A DNA stretch of 33,901 bases from Candidatus Iainarchaeum sp. GTDB lineage: Archaea; Iainarchaeota; Iainarchaeia; Iainarchaeales; DTGL01. Each line of letters starts with the position of its first letter. Positions within the stretch are counted from its first letter, which is position 1. Shown in pieces: positions 24,514-33,901 of this stretch. A program made the position numbers and the translations under genes. The notes under the pieces are model-generated. The model worked only from the letters and a program-made list of their open reading frames with translations. It had not been told where the DNA came from and did no database searches. The stretch is from positions 1 to 33,901 of the forward strand of contig JAWALG010000009.1 of the NCBI GenBank assembly GCA_038886995.1. Direction: 5' to 3'.

Positions 24514-25017
24514 TCAACCTTTTTTAATTATTTTTGGCTTCTTAAGCCCTTTCGCCTTTTCCGGAGTCCAGGGCCTGGCTATGCCTTCAGGGTCGTCTAT
24601 GAATAGGTCTTCATCAGGCATTTTTATCTTTTCTGCTTTTTCATCTAATCTACTTTTTTCCTCAGATGCACATTCTTCGCAATATTCTGCTTCAGAGAGG
24701 TTTGTGGCCAGAGCACGCCTAATTATCGCTTCCCTTATGGGTTGGTTGCGCGCTGCTTGTACTGCGTAAGTTGCATAATTTATTAGCTCATCATGGAGCT
24801 TTAAAGCAAGAGATTCAAGCTGTTTCTTGCTGGCTTTTTCTTCTTTTGGCTTTATAAAAACTTTAATCTCTTTTTGCGGATCCCCATCAAGTATAAAGTA
24901 CGCTTTATCCATAAGTACATAACAAGCAGCATAAACGACTTCAAGAGGAAAAACTTTTGGGTTCACATTTACAATTGCTTCATTTTTATCGGGGGATACT
25001 TCAACATTGTGTACCAT
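24514..25017 (-). CDS. hxsD: His-Xaa-Ser system protein HxsD (ATG at 25017 preferred over the ORF-track start at 25047)
   Basis: VNPKVFPLEVVYAACYVLMDKAYFILDG...LHDELINY...IREAIIRRAL is the HxsD pattern. AAGTGA RBS-like sequence precedes 25017. Confidence 0.85.
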   Translation of the reverse strand: MVHNVEVSPDKNEAIVNVNPKVFPLEVVYAACYVLMDKAYFILDGDPQKEIKVFIKPKEEKASKKQLESLALKLHDELINYATYAVQAARNQPIREAIIRRALATNLSEAEYCEECASEEKSRLDEKAEKIKMPDEDLFIDDPEGIARPWTPEKAKGLKKPKIIKKG

Positions 25018-25119
25018 AAAAATCACTTTTGAGCATGCATCGAACAATGGAAAGGTTAATTAATAACAATAATTAAATATATAAAAATGTTTATATTTTA
25101 GCGCTCACAGGGATAAAAC

Positions 25120-28100
25120 ATGAAATTGTCTGAATATTTTTTCTTGAAGTTTATTCTGGTTGTTCTGCTAATTAACTTTTTTGGTTTTGTAAATGCACAA
25201 ACGTGCTACGGCGGGCTTTCAGGAAGTAGTTTGCGGGATTGCATTGGCAGTGACGAGAGTCCATGCCATTACTGTGATGTTAGTGACATGGACTATGAAA
25301 TAAGAGCACCTGACAATATTACAACAACTGGTTGGCGCGATATGACTTATTCTACGCAAGTTGGAACATGTAGCGTTAGTTGCACTCAAGAAACATGGAC
25401 AGCAAGCTATCTTTGGTGCCCTCAAGAAGGAACTTATTCAATGAGGACAAGGGCTTATGCACAAGGAGGTAGTGGTTATGCTTGGGAAACTAGTGACTGG
25501 AACACAAACGCTTATACTGTAAATTACGATTATGAACAAATATGGTGTACTTGCAAAGGTGGCACATGGCTTTCAGGAGCAACATACTGTGGCAGCCTTG
25601 GATGCCAAGGCGGAAAGTGCTGTGGCGATGATGGTGCAAATGACAATTTTTGTGTTGCTGGTGGTGGGAGCTGCGTAGCTGGAACATATTACGCAAACCA
25701 TTGTTCAGATGGTGTCCAAAACTGTGATGAACAAGGTGTTGATTGTGGTGGTGCTGATTGTACTCCTTGTGTAAGTGTTGTTATAAATAACCCAAACGGC
25801 AACCAATACATAAAGGGCACATACAACATTGATTTCAATGTTTATGACCCAAATAACGGAGAACTGCATGCAAAAATTGCATATTCTGCATTGCCAGGTC
25901 TTTTTTCTAACACAATTGTTTCAGATCTCAACCTAAATAATGATCCAAACATTGGCGCCTTAACCTGTGATAAAACTAACTGGAGCACTTCAACAAGGTG
26001 CATATATTCTTGGGACACTACAACAGCAAACGATGGCAACTATTACATAGATATGAATGTGTGGAGCATTTCAGGTGGCTCCTCGATAGATTCTAGCAAT
26101 GCCTCATTTGCAATAGACAACACAGCACCTACTACCAGCGCTAGTGCAAAGAAGAGTGATGACACCAATTATACATTTGGAGAATGGAGTAAACTAAATG
26201 TTACTGTAACACTTGAATGCTCGGACGAAACAGCTGGTTGTGATAAAACATATTACTGCTTTGGCTCCGGTTGCAATCCCACAACAATTTATTCTTCCCC
26301 AATAACAATATCCTCAGAAGGCACAACATACTTGAGGTTCTACTCTGAGGATAATGCAGGCAATAGTGAAAGTGTTCAAGAAAAGATTGTAAAAATAGAT
26401 AAGTCTGGGCCGACAACAACAGACAATGCTCCCACAACTTGGCAAATTAGTGATTTCAATATAACCCTTAGCTGTGATGATGGTTCCGGCATTGGCTGTT
26501 CTGAAACCTATTACAGGATAAACAATGGTGCTTGGCAGCCCTATTCTGAAGGCATAAGCATAACACAAGATGGAAACAATCGCATTGATTATTACAGCAA
26601 CGATCTGCTAAACAACATTGAAGACACAAAAACTTGTTATGCTCCACTAGATAAAACTCCGCCAGTAATAGATGTTAACTCTCCTTTGGCTAATGAAGTT
26701 ATAGAGTCAACTATATACGTAAGGTTTAAAGTAAACAAAGGTTTGGGATCACCTTTAGACTTTAATTCGATAACTGTGCTTTTGGATGGTACTGAAAGCG
26801 ATGATTTTATTAGGACAGAACACTGCATAGAATCTAGTGGCGATTATATCTGCTCTTATTACGAATATGTTAACACTGCAAAGGATTACAACCTTTCAAT
26901 AATAGTAAGTGATGAAGCGGGTTGGACAGCACAACAAGACATTAATTTCTTGTATTTAGGTCACACTTCTTTCAATATAGAAGGTTACATTGTAGAACCT
27001 AGCACACCAATGGCTGGAACTAATTATTCAATGATGGATGTTGGTTTAAGCTTATTCGGTGGCTCTCTCTGTGCCGCGGCGAAATGCATTGAAACGGGCT
27101 TCCCAGCAATATTCAGGAATATTCCACCAGTGCTTGTATATGCTGGTTATGAAGAGGGTTACTTTAACGGAGACCTTAACATAAGGTTCTATGCTGCTGA
27201 CTATGAGATGGGTGAATTGCACACTAAGATAGCATATTCTACATCCAAAGGCTCATTCCAAAACAGCATTGTTAATGACCTTAACCTAAACAATTACCAA
27301 AATATTGATAGGTTAAGTTGCGCAAGTACTGATTGGCGTTACGCTAAATTATGCACTTATGAGTGGGATACAACACAAGCGAGCGATGGCAACTATTATC
27401 TTGACCTAAATCTATGGGATGAACATGGTGCAAGTAGCAGCTATTCAACAACTAACACTCTCTGTATAGACAATATTGCGCCAGATATAAATGTGATTAA
27501 TCCACAGCCAAACGAAATAATTGAAGATCCCTGGGTGATGTTCAAGATATCTGAAAATGGTTGTGCTCCTTTGGTTTTGAGTTCAATATCAGTTCTTTTG
27601 GATGGTGAAGCCGCTAACTTTGACTATGTTAGGGATTGCAATAAAAGTGGATCTGAGTATACCTGTGGCTTTAACATAATTGGGCTCGTTGAAAGAGATT
27701 ATAATTTGAGCATAATAGTAAGTGATTTAGCGACAAATAAGAGGCAAGTTGATGTCAACTTCAGATTTATTCCAAAAATTTCTGTAAGTGCTATCCGGCC
27801 CAGTGGCACTCTTGAGACGGGAGATATAACAATATCCTTTAATGTTTACAATACCTCGCTGAGTGAGCTCCATGCAAAGATATATTATAGCTCAATATAT
27901 GCTGGAAAACTTGGCTTTGAAAATGCGATAGAAACAGACCTAAATCTCAACAACTATGCACAGATAGAAAACCTAAATTGCACCTCAAATGCTTGGTGGC
28001 CACCGGTGCAGTGCACATACTACTGGGATGCTAGCAGTGTTGCTGATGGCAACTATTACATAGATATAAATATCTGGACAAATGAGGGTTTAACAGCATC

Positions 28101-28827
28101 GGGCTCATCTTTAAAGCAATTCCTCCTTGACAATACACCACCTGTAGCGAGTATCACTGGTGTTTCAGAAACAGTGACATTTGAAGATACTATCTATTTA
28201 AACTGCACTGACTCTGTCTCAGGATGTAAACAAACCAGGTGGTATTATTTCAGTGACAATGGTGTTTGCTCAAGCACGAAGGATGATTACACACAAACCA
28301 CTAATTCTAACAGCATCACAATTACTGAAGACAACAACAGCTACATTTGCTTATGGGTCGAGAACAATGTTAACCTAAGCTCAAAGGCAACTTCTTCTAG
28401 GTTAAATGTGCTTTCAAGCAGTTGGGGAATTGTAAAAGGCCCAAGCGAAACAATAAATGAGGCAGCATTGGATTTAAACAATGCCTGCTCTTTCTATGTG
28501 AGCTCTGATATAAATCTTGCATGTGAGTACCAAAGCTTTGTGAAGATAAGAAGCTACGATGTGGACATAGGCAGAGTTTATCCTTTGTCTCCATCTATAA
28601 TAGAATCGTCTGAGAGGCCACTTGAGGTTTTGCTTGAGTCATCAATAACAAGCTTCTATGATAAAAGATACTACATAATATTTGAGGGTGAAACCACAAG
28701 GATAACAAGCCAAGGTAGTGAGAAAGATTATCCTAATGTAATTGTGAGGCGCAGAACATTGCCTTTGCTAAAAGCCAATGGTAACCTTGAGCTTGGAACC
28801 CTGATCATAAAGGCGGGTAAAAGGTAA
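25120..28827 (+). CDS. Large secreted Cys-rich surface protein built from repeated Ig-like modules
   Basis: Signal peptide; Cys/Gly-rich N-terminus (CSDGVQNCDEQGVDCGG); three ELH.KI.YS...DLNLN...C...W...C.Y.WD...DGNYY modules; two P...SI.VLLDG...DYNLSIIVSD modules; D(N/K)xxP linkers. Confidence 0.85.
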   Translation: MKLSEYFFLKFILVVLLINFFGFVNAQTCYGGLSGSSLRDCIGSDESPCHYCDVSDMDYEIRAPDNITTTGWRDMTYSTQVGTCSVSCTQETWTASYLWCPQEGTYSMRTRAYAQGGSGYAWETSDWNTNAYTVNYDYEQIWCTCKGGTWLSGATYCGSLGCQGGKCCGDDGANDNFCVAGGGSCVAGTYYANHCSDGVQNCDEQGVDCGGADCTPCVSVVINNPNGNQYIKGTYNIDFNVYDPNNGELHAKIAYSALPGLFSNTIVSDLNLNNDPNIGALTCDKTNWSTSTRCIYSWDTTTANDGNYYIDMNVWSISGGSSIDSSNASFAIDNTAPTTSASAKKSDDTNYTFGEWSKLNVTVTLECSDETAGCDKTYYCFGSGCNPTTIYSSPITISSEGTTYLRFYSEDNAGNSESVQEKIVKIDKSGPTTTDNAPTTWQISDFNITLSCDDGSGIGCSETYYRINNGAWQPYSEGISITQDGNNRIDYYSNDLLNNIEDTKTCYAPLDKTPPVIDVNSPLANEVIESTIYVRFKVNKGLGSPLDFNSITVLLDGTESDDFIRTEHCIESSGDYICSYYEYVNTAKDYNLSIIVSDEAGWTAQQDINFLYLGHTSFNIEGYIVEPSTPMAGTNYSMMDVGLSLFGGSLCAAAKCIETGFPAIFRNIPPVLVYAGYEEGYFNGDLNIRFYAADYEMGELHTKIAYSTSKGSFQNSIVNDLNLNNYQNIDRLSCASTDWRYAKLCTYEWDTTQASDGNYYLDLNLWDEHGASSSYSTTNTLCIDNIAPDINVINPQPNEIIEDPWVMFKISENGCAPLVLSSISVLLDGEAANFDYVRDCNKSGSEYTCGFNIIGLVERDYNLSIIVSDLATNKRQVDVNFRFIPKISVSAIRPSGTLETGDITISFNVYNTSLSELHAKIYYSSIYAGKLGFENAIETDLNLNNYAQIENLNCTSNAWWPPVQCTYYWDASSVADGNYYIDINIWTNEGLTASGSSLKQFLLDNTPPVASITGVSETVTFEDTIYLNCTDSVSGCKQTRWYYFSDNGVCSSTKDDYTQTTNSNSITITEDNNSYICLWVENNVNLSSKATSSRLNVLSSSWGIVKGPSETINEAALDLNNACSFYVSSDINLACEYQSFVKIRSYDVDIGRVYPLSPSIIESSERPLEVLLESSITSFYDKRYYIIFEGETTRITSQGSEKDYPNVIVRRRTLPLLKANGNLELGTLIIKAGKR

Positions 28828-28844
28828 TCCGCATTGTTTTGGGT

Positions 28845-29705
28845 TTAAGCTGGTGCGAAGAGGGAAATTGCGGTTATATAAATAAACAATGATGTTGTGA
28901 GGAGTATTATTGAATGCTTTATTCCTGCTATAAAGCTATCCTCAGCTATTTTGCCTATCATTGGTCCAGCAAAGAGAGCCTGTATAATTATAAGCCTAGT
29001 GAAGTGCTCTTGATAATCTACATCTTCGGCTGTTGGCTGAGAGGCAATTGGCTGTCCAGTTATATCTATGCCACCTTCAAGCACTTGGCCAACGTTTATG
29101 CCAACTTGCTCCTTAAGAATCGGGATAAAGAAAACATATATGAGTATTATTATGATAACAAAAACGTAAAACATGAGATAGGAGTTTATAAGCGCGGATG
29201 TAGTCCTAGATTTCCTCTGGCTTTTAAGCTTTTCAACTTTGTCAACATAGTCAATTGCAACAGAGAATACCTTCATAAAGTTGCCGCCTGCACGTAGCGT
29301 TTGGTTTATAGCTACGGTTGTTTTCTTTATAACTGGGCTGTTTAGGCGTCCGAAGGTTATAAGCATTGCTTTCTCCATTGGCACCCCTAAACGAACTTTT
29401 GCTGCAAGCCTCTTCACATATATGGTCAGCGGCCCATAATCATTCTTGGCAGTTATAACCAAGGCATCACTTATGTTGACCCCGCCTTGGAGGAGATCCT
29501 TTAGGTCATCCAAAAAAACCCTGAAGTTTTCTTCAATTTCCTTAACCACTTTAGTCCTAATATAAAAGGCATACATCGGCGGTATGAAAAGCAAGATAAA
29601 AGGCACTAATGAAAAGCTCGTGTTATTTAGCACAAAGTAAGATGCCAAAAAGACAATAACGCCGATAAAAATCCATCTCCCATAATATTTCCATTCAACT
29701 GCCAT
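28845..29705 (-). CDS. Type II/IV secretion system F-domain platform protein (TadC/ArlJ/PilC-like)
   Basis: IEENF..FL.DL....GG.....AL......DYGPL; ...GG; IIQALFAG..IGKI.E.S...G.KHS; multiple TM segments. Confidence 0.9.
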   Translation of the reverse strand: MAVEWKYYGRWIFIGVIVFLASYFVLNNTSFSLVPFILLFIPPMYAFYIRTKVVKEIEENFRVFLDDLKDLLQGGVNISDALVITAKNDYGPLTIYVKRLAAKVRLGVPMEKAMLITFGRLNSPVIKKTTVAINQTLRAGGNFMKVFSVAIDYVDKVEKLKSQRKSRTTSALINSYLMFYVFVIIIILIYVFFIPILKEQVGINVGQVLEGGIDITGQPIASQPTAEDVDYQEHFTRLIIIQALFAGPMIGKIAEDSFIAGIKHSIILLTTSLFIYITAISLFAPA

Positions 29706-29709
29706 TAAA

Positions 29710-30579
29710 TCACTCTTCAGACATCATATACATTACAAACATGAATATTAGATTTGCTATCGGCATTCCGAAAACAACACCATAAAAAAGAATCTCGTTA
29801 ACTGTAAGTCCGAACATCTTTCCTGCTGAGAAAAAATTAAGCATCATTATTGTGAAAAATATAAAAAGTGGTGCTGCAATCATTAGGATAGTGTATATTT
29901 CACCCATTGTTTCTGCCCTATCTGAAGCCCTTTCTAGCATGAGACGGTACCTGAAGTATGCGTCATCAGCCCTTTTTGCCATAAACTCACGCAAATCACC
30001 GCCGCTTTTAATTGTGGTATTAAGCTCTTTGAGGAATGTTTTAAAAGAAGGCGATGGTGTTATTTCAGACATTTTATCAATAGCTTTTGTAAAAGACAAT
30101 CCGAGCTGGTTCATAAAGCGCTCAATCTTTCTGCATTCGTGCTTTAGCCTTGGGTATTCTTCACTGTTTGCTAGCACTTGAAACATATACTGTGGTGGTG
30201 CGCCTGCTTGTGTGACAGTAGACATTGTAAGTATTGCTAGTGGCAGGCTTGCTTCAATGTTCTTCTTTTTTCTCCCAAGGTCAAAATCAGGCCAAACTAA
30301 AGCAAAAATCCCAACAGATGCTGTAATAACAAGCGGGATAAAAAGTATCAGAATGTTTTTGACAAATAAAAAAAAGATAATAAGGCATAAAAGAAATGAA
30401 AGGAAAAAAGAAAGGAATATGGCAGTCAGGGAGTAAGCAACATACATCGCTTCAGGATATGGATAATCAATCATTCCAAGCTTTTGCCTTAGCTTTGCGT
30501 TTTCAAAGCCATTTAAGAGCTTATAAAAACTCTTACTTGCGATTTTGTGCAGTGTTTTCGATAGCATATTTCTCATCAT
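29710..30579 (-). CDS. Second type II/IV secretion system F-domain platform protein
   Basis: I...LP.A...M......G.PP, G.....A.......TPS..F...L......I.SGGDL, E...EIY......APL motifs; directly downstream of the ATPase. Confidence 0.9.
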   Translation of the reverse strand: MMRNMLSKTLHKIASKSFYKLLNGFENAKLRQKLGMIDYPYPEAMYVAYSLTAIFLSFFLSFLLCLIIFFLFVKNILILFIPLVITASVGIFALVWPDFDLGRKKKNIEASLPLAILTMSTVTQAGAPPQYMFQVLANSEEYPRLKHECRKIERFMNQLGLSFTKAIDKMSEITPSPSFKTFLKELNTTIKSGGDLREFMAKRADDAYFRYRLMLERASDRAETMGEIYTILMIAAPLFIFFTIMMLNFFSAGKMFGLTVNEILFYGVVFGMPIANLIFMFVMYMMSEE

Positions 30580-32806
30580 GCAGGTACGCCTCTAATTTTT
30601 CGGAAAAGGTTATATAATCAAGCTCGCCATTTTCGCTGAGTTTTTTCAAAAATTCTGCTCTACGCCTTATCTTTTCTTCCATTGCTGAAAAGGGGATCTT
30701 GTTTTCGTCACATATGCGCTTCAGAACTATGCTTCGGCCAACAATGGAGTAAAGATCCGCAAGATCCTCTATCCGAAGTCGCTCTTTAGTATTTGGCAAG
30801 GTTGGCTTAAGCAAAATGTCATTATACTCCAAACGCTGCTCCTTGGCGTTATACCTTATTACCTCAGCAATGCTTCTTATAGTTCTCTTAGTACCTTCTT
30901 CACCTATAAAGCCAATGTTTATTATTATGTCTGCGGATTCTAAAAGCGAAGGTGACAGGTTTATTGGTGGTGTGATGAGCCTGCTCATAACATCATTCAC
31001 TGAGCGAGCGTGCATTGTTGCTAATGAACAGTGCCCAGAGGCCATGCCTTGAAATAGAATAAAGGTTTCTTTTCCACGGACCTCGCCCACTATTAGGTAA
31101 TCAGGCCTTTGCCTGAAGGACTCTTTTATAAGGGTCATTAAGTCAATTTCGCCAAAGCGCTTGCCGCTAGAATCCGGCGGTCCAAAGCCCTGCCTTGCAA
31201 CCTGCGGAAGCCAATTATCGTGCTTCAGGTTTAGTTCGCGTGTATCCTCTATTGAGACAATTCTCTGCGAGTGTGGTATGAACATTGCAAGTGCATTGAG
31301 AAGAGTTGTCTTGCCACTTGCAGTAGCTCCTGTAATGATCATTGATTTCTTAAACTCAAGTGCAGTCCAAAGATAAGCCATGATAAGCGGATCAACAGTT
31401 CCATTAGAGATTAAAGTTGTTGGTGGAAGCGGCTTTTCTGGGAATAATCTTATTGTAAAGCTTGGCCCCCTTGTTGAAACAGAACCAGTCAGAACAGCAT
31501 TTACACGGGAGCCGTCAGGCAAAACTGCATCAAGCAACGGCGAAGCATAGGACACATAGCTTTTGGATAGCTGTGCCATTTTTATTATGAAATCTTCCAA
31601 AGCTTCAACTGTCTGGAAAGTTATATTGGTTGCGATGTGTCCCTCCTTTTTGTGAATTATGTAAATTGGCACGTTTATGCCATCACACTCAATATCCTCT
31701 ATGAGGGAGTCATGCATCAATGGTTCGATCCTTTCCAAGCCAAGCAGATCCCTTGAGAGATAGTACATTAGCTTGTGCCGACCTTGCCTCGTAAAAGTAT
31801 AGCCGCGCTTTCTTATTATTTCCTCAACTTTTGAGAATAATTTTTCTTTTGTGAGTTCTTCTATTGTGAGAACTTCAATTAGTTCTGCCTTTATCAGCTC
31901 TATCTTTTTGAGCTCGTCTGAGCTTAGGTCTGGCTCAATCACAAAATAAACCTTGCGACCTTTTGTTTGTTCAACAATCTTTGCGTAAGCATAGCCAGGT
32001 ATTAGCGTAACTACATCAGGAAGTTTCATTGTGATCTCTGATTTTTCACCTTCGGCGAAGAGTTTGTCCTTGAGGCTAACTATTGTCTCATGCTCTGCTT
32101 CTGCCGATTGCTTACGTTTAACATCTTGTGAAGCCCCAAGGTCAGCAAGCCCAGAATCAGTAGCAAAGACAGGTATATAGAAACGCTCATCAAACTGTTC
32201 TTCTTGAATTGGGGCTGGCCCTACCTTCTTAGAAAAGCTAGCTAATTTGCTTATCAAACCCCCAATACCAACAGCCTTGGGTGGCTGCCCTTCTTCAAAA
32301 GTAGCTTCTTTTTCAGAAGGGGTTTTTTTATGAATTAAAAGGCCACCTAAAGGTGGCAAACTTAGTTTTCCACCGCGAACTGCTGGCGGCTTAGTTTCCT
32401 TTTTCAGGATGGCACCTTTTATTGCTTCGATGCGCCCCTTTTTTGGAACAAGTTCAATATAAAGTGGTTCAAGACCTGCTGCTTTTTTTGCTCTATTTAG
32501 CAAATTGTGTGCCTCAAGAAATGTTTTCATTATCTCCTCGTCTAAAAAATGCCTATTTAGAAAAGAACTCTTCTTCAAAACATCAGACAAGTGCTCATAT
32601 GTTCCTTTGGAAATCATTTTCTCTTCAAAGCTCGCCTTAAGCTCTTTTAGGCATGCATCTTTGCTAAGAGAGCCTTTCTTGAAGCGCTCAAGGACAAGCA
32701 GTGATTCTAGGCGTTCTTTTAGATCTGAGACTTCCAGCTCAATTTTAGAGATATCTTCAAGATTTTCAAACATTTTTGCCACCACGACCAAGATCTTTGA
32801 ATTCAC
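30533..32806 (-). CDS. Type IV pilus/type II secretion assembly ATPase (TadA/ArlI/VirB11 family) with a long N-terminal extension; start may be the ATG at 32773
   Basis: Walker A GATASGKT, Asp box VSIEDTREL, RQRPD plus Walker B LIVGEVRG, GH...TMHA His box, PL..D..IEDI.CDG. Confidence 0.95.
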   Translation of the reverse strand: MNSKILVVVAKMFENLEDISKIELEVSDLKERLESLLVLERFKKGSLSKDACLKELKASFEEKMISKGTYEHLSDVLKKSSFLNRHFLDEEIMKTFLEAHNLLNRAKKAAGLEPLYIELVPKKGRIEAIKGAILKKETKPPAVRGGKLSLPPLGGLLIHKKTPSEKEATFEEGQPPKAVGIGGLISKLASFSKKVGPAPIQEEQFDERFYIPVFATDSGLADLGASQDVKRKQSAEAEHETIVSLKDKLFAEGEKSEITMKLPDVVTLIPGYAYAKIVEQTKGRKVYFVIEPDLSSDELKKIELIKAELIEVLTIEELTKEKLFSKVEEIIRKRGYTFTRQGRHKLMYYLSRDLLGLERIEPLMHDSLIEDIECDGINVPIYIIHKKEGHIATNITFQTVEALEDFIIKMAQLSKSYVSYASPLLDAVLPDGSRVNAVLTGSVSTRGPSFTIRLFPEKPLPPTTLISNGTVDPLIMAYLWTALEFKKSMIITGATASGKTTLLNALAMFIPHSQRIVSIEDTRELNLKHDNWLPQVARQGFGPPDSSGKRFGEIDLMTLIKESFRQRPDYLIVGEVRGKETFILFQGMASGHCSLATMHARSVNDVMSRLITPPINLSPSLLESADIIINIGFIGEEGTKRTIRSIAEVIRYNAKEQRLEYNDILLKPTLPNTKERLRIEDLADLYSIVGRSIVLKRICDENKIPFSAMEEKIRRRAEFLKKLSENGELDYITFSEKLEAYLHDEKYAIENTAQNRK

Positions 32807-33098
32807 CGACTGAACCTTTAAAGCGCTCGTTGTATTTTGCCTTCAGCTTCTCCATGCTTTCCGATAAGGCAACAATCCTGGCTGTTATGTCTTTTCTAAG
32901 GTCTGAAATTACAGCATCAACGATCTCGGCTTCATGCAATATTCTTGGATCTTCTCTCTTGTTCATTGCTGATTCAATTAGCTCTGATTCGATCTCTTTT
33001 CGCCTGTTATCTGCTTTTCTAATTTCGCTTATTGCGCGCAATATATTTTCGCTCTGCAAGATAAGATCACTTATGGTGCTTATAAAATCTTCAGACAT
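32766..33098 (-). CDS. Hypothetical helical/coiled-coil protein in the pilus operon
   Basis: Overlaps both neighbours on the same strand; amphipathic charged helices. Confidence 0.7.
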   Translation of the reverse strand: MSEDFISTISDLILQSENILRAISEIRKADNRRKEIESELIESAMNKREDPRILHEAEIVDAVISDLRKDITARIVALSESMEKLKAKYNERFKGSVGEFKDLGRGGKNV

Positions 33099-33801
33099 TC
33101 AGACCATCCATATAAATTCTTACAAAATCAAAGCCGGACTCGAGTATAAAGTTTATTCTATAGGAATATGTTGTGCCATACACATTTGCAGCAATGTGCG
33201 CCTTACCAATGTTGTAGCCATATTCTAAAAACTCTGTTGAAACATTAACTGTTGAACCTGCATAATTATCTAAGTAGAAATCAAGTTTTCCATTGAAAAT
33301 TTCGTTTGTATCCTTGCGCTTTATTTGATATACAAGCTCGTCTAGCGTTATTGGTGTGTTTTCGTCAAGCTTTCTAACAGCAAACAAAAAATGCTCATTT
33401 TCCATAATCAAGACATTGACATCATCGATTGTTGATTCATACGCATTTACAGAAAGGTTTGCACCTATAAAAAAGTTGCCCTCGGATTTTTTGCGCCTAG
33501 GGCTTATAATATCTGCGATTGTTCTCTTTTCGCTTACAATCATATCAGAAGCAGAATTTATGTCAATGGAATCGGATATTTTTATGGTCAACAAGCGCTT
33601 TGAACCCTCGCCTTCTGAAGATACCATTGAAATCACAGAGTCAATGTTTTTCATGGTGGCTTCTGTCTGCTTTAACTCATTGTACTCCTTTATCTTAGTT
33701 AGATATGGAAGTCCGACCTGAAGTATAAGTGATACAACAACTAAGCTTATGAGTGTATAGAGCACTGCACTCACAATTGTTGACTGGCCTCGGCTTCTCA
33801 T
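33091..33801 (-). CDS. Archaeal type IV pilin-like protein with a class III signal peptide
   Basis: MRSRG|QSTIVSAVLYTLISLVVVSLILQVGLP: basic leader, RG/QS cleavage motif and hydrophobic helix; GAGGAGGT RBS. Confidence 0.85.
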   Translation of the reverse strand: MRSRGQSTIVSAVLYTLISLVVVSLILQVGLPYLTKIKEYNELKQTEATMKNIDSVISMVSSEGEGSKRLLTIKISDSIDINSASDMIVSEKRTIADIISPRRKKSEGNFFIGANLSVNAYESTIDDVNVLIMENEHFLFAVRKLDENTPITLDELVYQIKRKDTNEIFNGKLDFYLDNYAGSTVNVSTEFLEYGYNIGKAHIAANVYGTTYSYRINFILESGFDFVRIYMDGLNV

Positions 33802-33901
33802 TTTGCTATAACCTCCTCATTTCGCAGAAGCTCTAACCTATACTTGAACTTATTTCTGAGGTTAAAGGCTGCGCCACAAAAATTAAATGAATAGTCATTT
33901 A
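33798..33901 (-). CDS. 3' end of an upstream pilus-operon gene (partial)
   Basis: Open frame ...NDYSFNFCGAAFNLRNKFKYRLELLRNEEVIAK* whose TGA overlaps the pilin ATG (ATGA). Confidence 0.6.
   Translation of the reverse strand, partial: NDYSFNFCGAAFNLRNKFKYRLELLRNEEVIAK

Noticed and set aside
25780-28140. DGR template/variable repeat pair among the internal repeats of the large surface protein
   Set aside because: Differences are not restricted to adenines, all copies are in-frame coding, and there is no reverse transcriptase in the window.
28845-33801. Archaellum operon
   Set aside because: No ArlH or archaellin is visible in the window. Two separate platform genes and an RG/QS pilin fit a type IV pilus.
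1-33901. Remaining short antisense ORFs in the track; tRNA, rRNA, IS elements, integrase
   Set aside because: The antisense ORFs lie within longer motif-bearing genes and have no recognisable motifs. I saw no cloverleaf, transposase or integrase signatures.

Overview
This is a gene-dense archaeal window: archaeal DnaG, Hjc, Pth2, GGTGA-type ribosome-binding sites and TATA boxes. Its style suggests a DPANN lineage, but that is inference only. Left end (minus strand): an oxidative-stress operon of Fur/PerR regulator, reverse rubrerythrin, an unannotated 50-aa stand-alone NrdD glycyl-radical tail and a Prx6-type peroxiredoxin. 2-14 kb: housekeeping genes (dnaG, hjc, pth2) mixed with membrane and secreted proteins, including a triple-thioredoxin protein and a GNVGIGT-repeat fibre. 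About 14.0-25.0 kb: an expanded His-Xaa-Ser (Hxs) peptide-modification locus. It has an HxsA precursor with 10 tandem HxS triplets, HxsB, three HxsC-like paralogues, two HxsD-like proteins, an extra radical SAM/SPASM enzyme, a decayed sixth radical SAM gene, and an A24 prepilin peptidase 8 bp behind hxsB. Right end: a 1235-aa Cys-rich repeat surface protein and an archaeal type IV pilus operon (pilin-like protein, ATPase, two platform proteins). The two best candidates for undescribed biology are (1) a GrcA-like 'spare part' for O2-cleaved class III ribonucleotide reductase under PerR-like control, and (2) an archaeal Hxs system whose precursor may be exported or processed through a pilin-like leader by the embedded A24 peptidase. 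I found no CRISPR array, tRNA, rRNA or mobile element. All family calls come from motif recognition by eye, not database searches.
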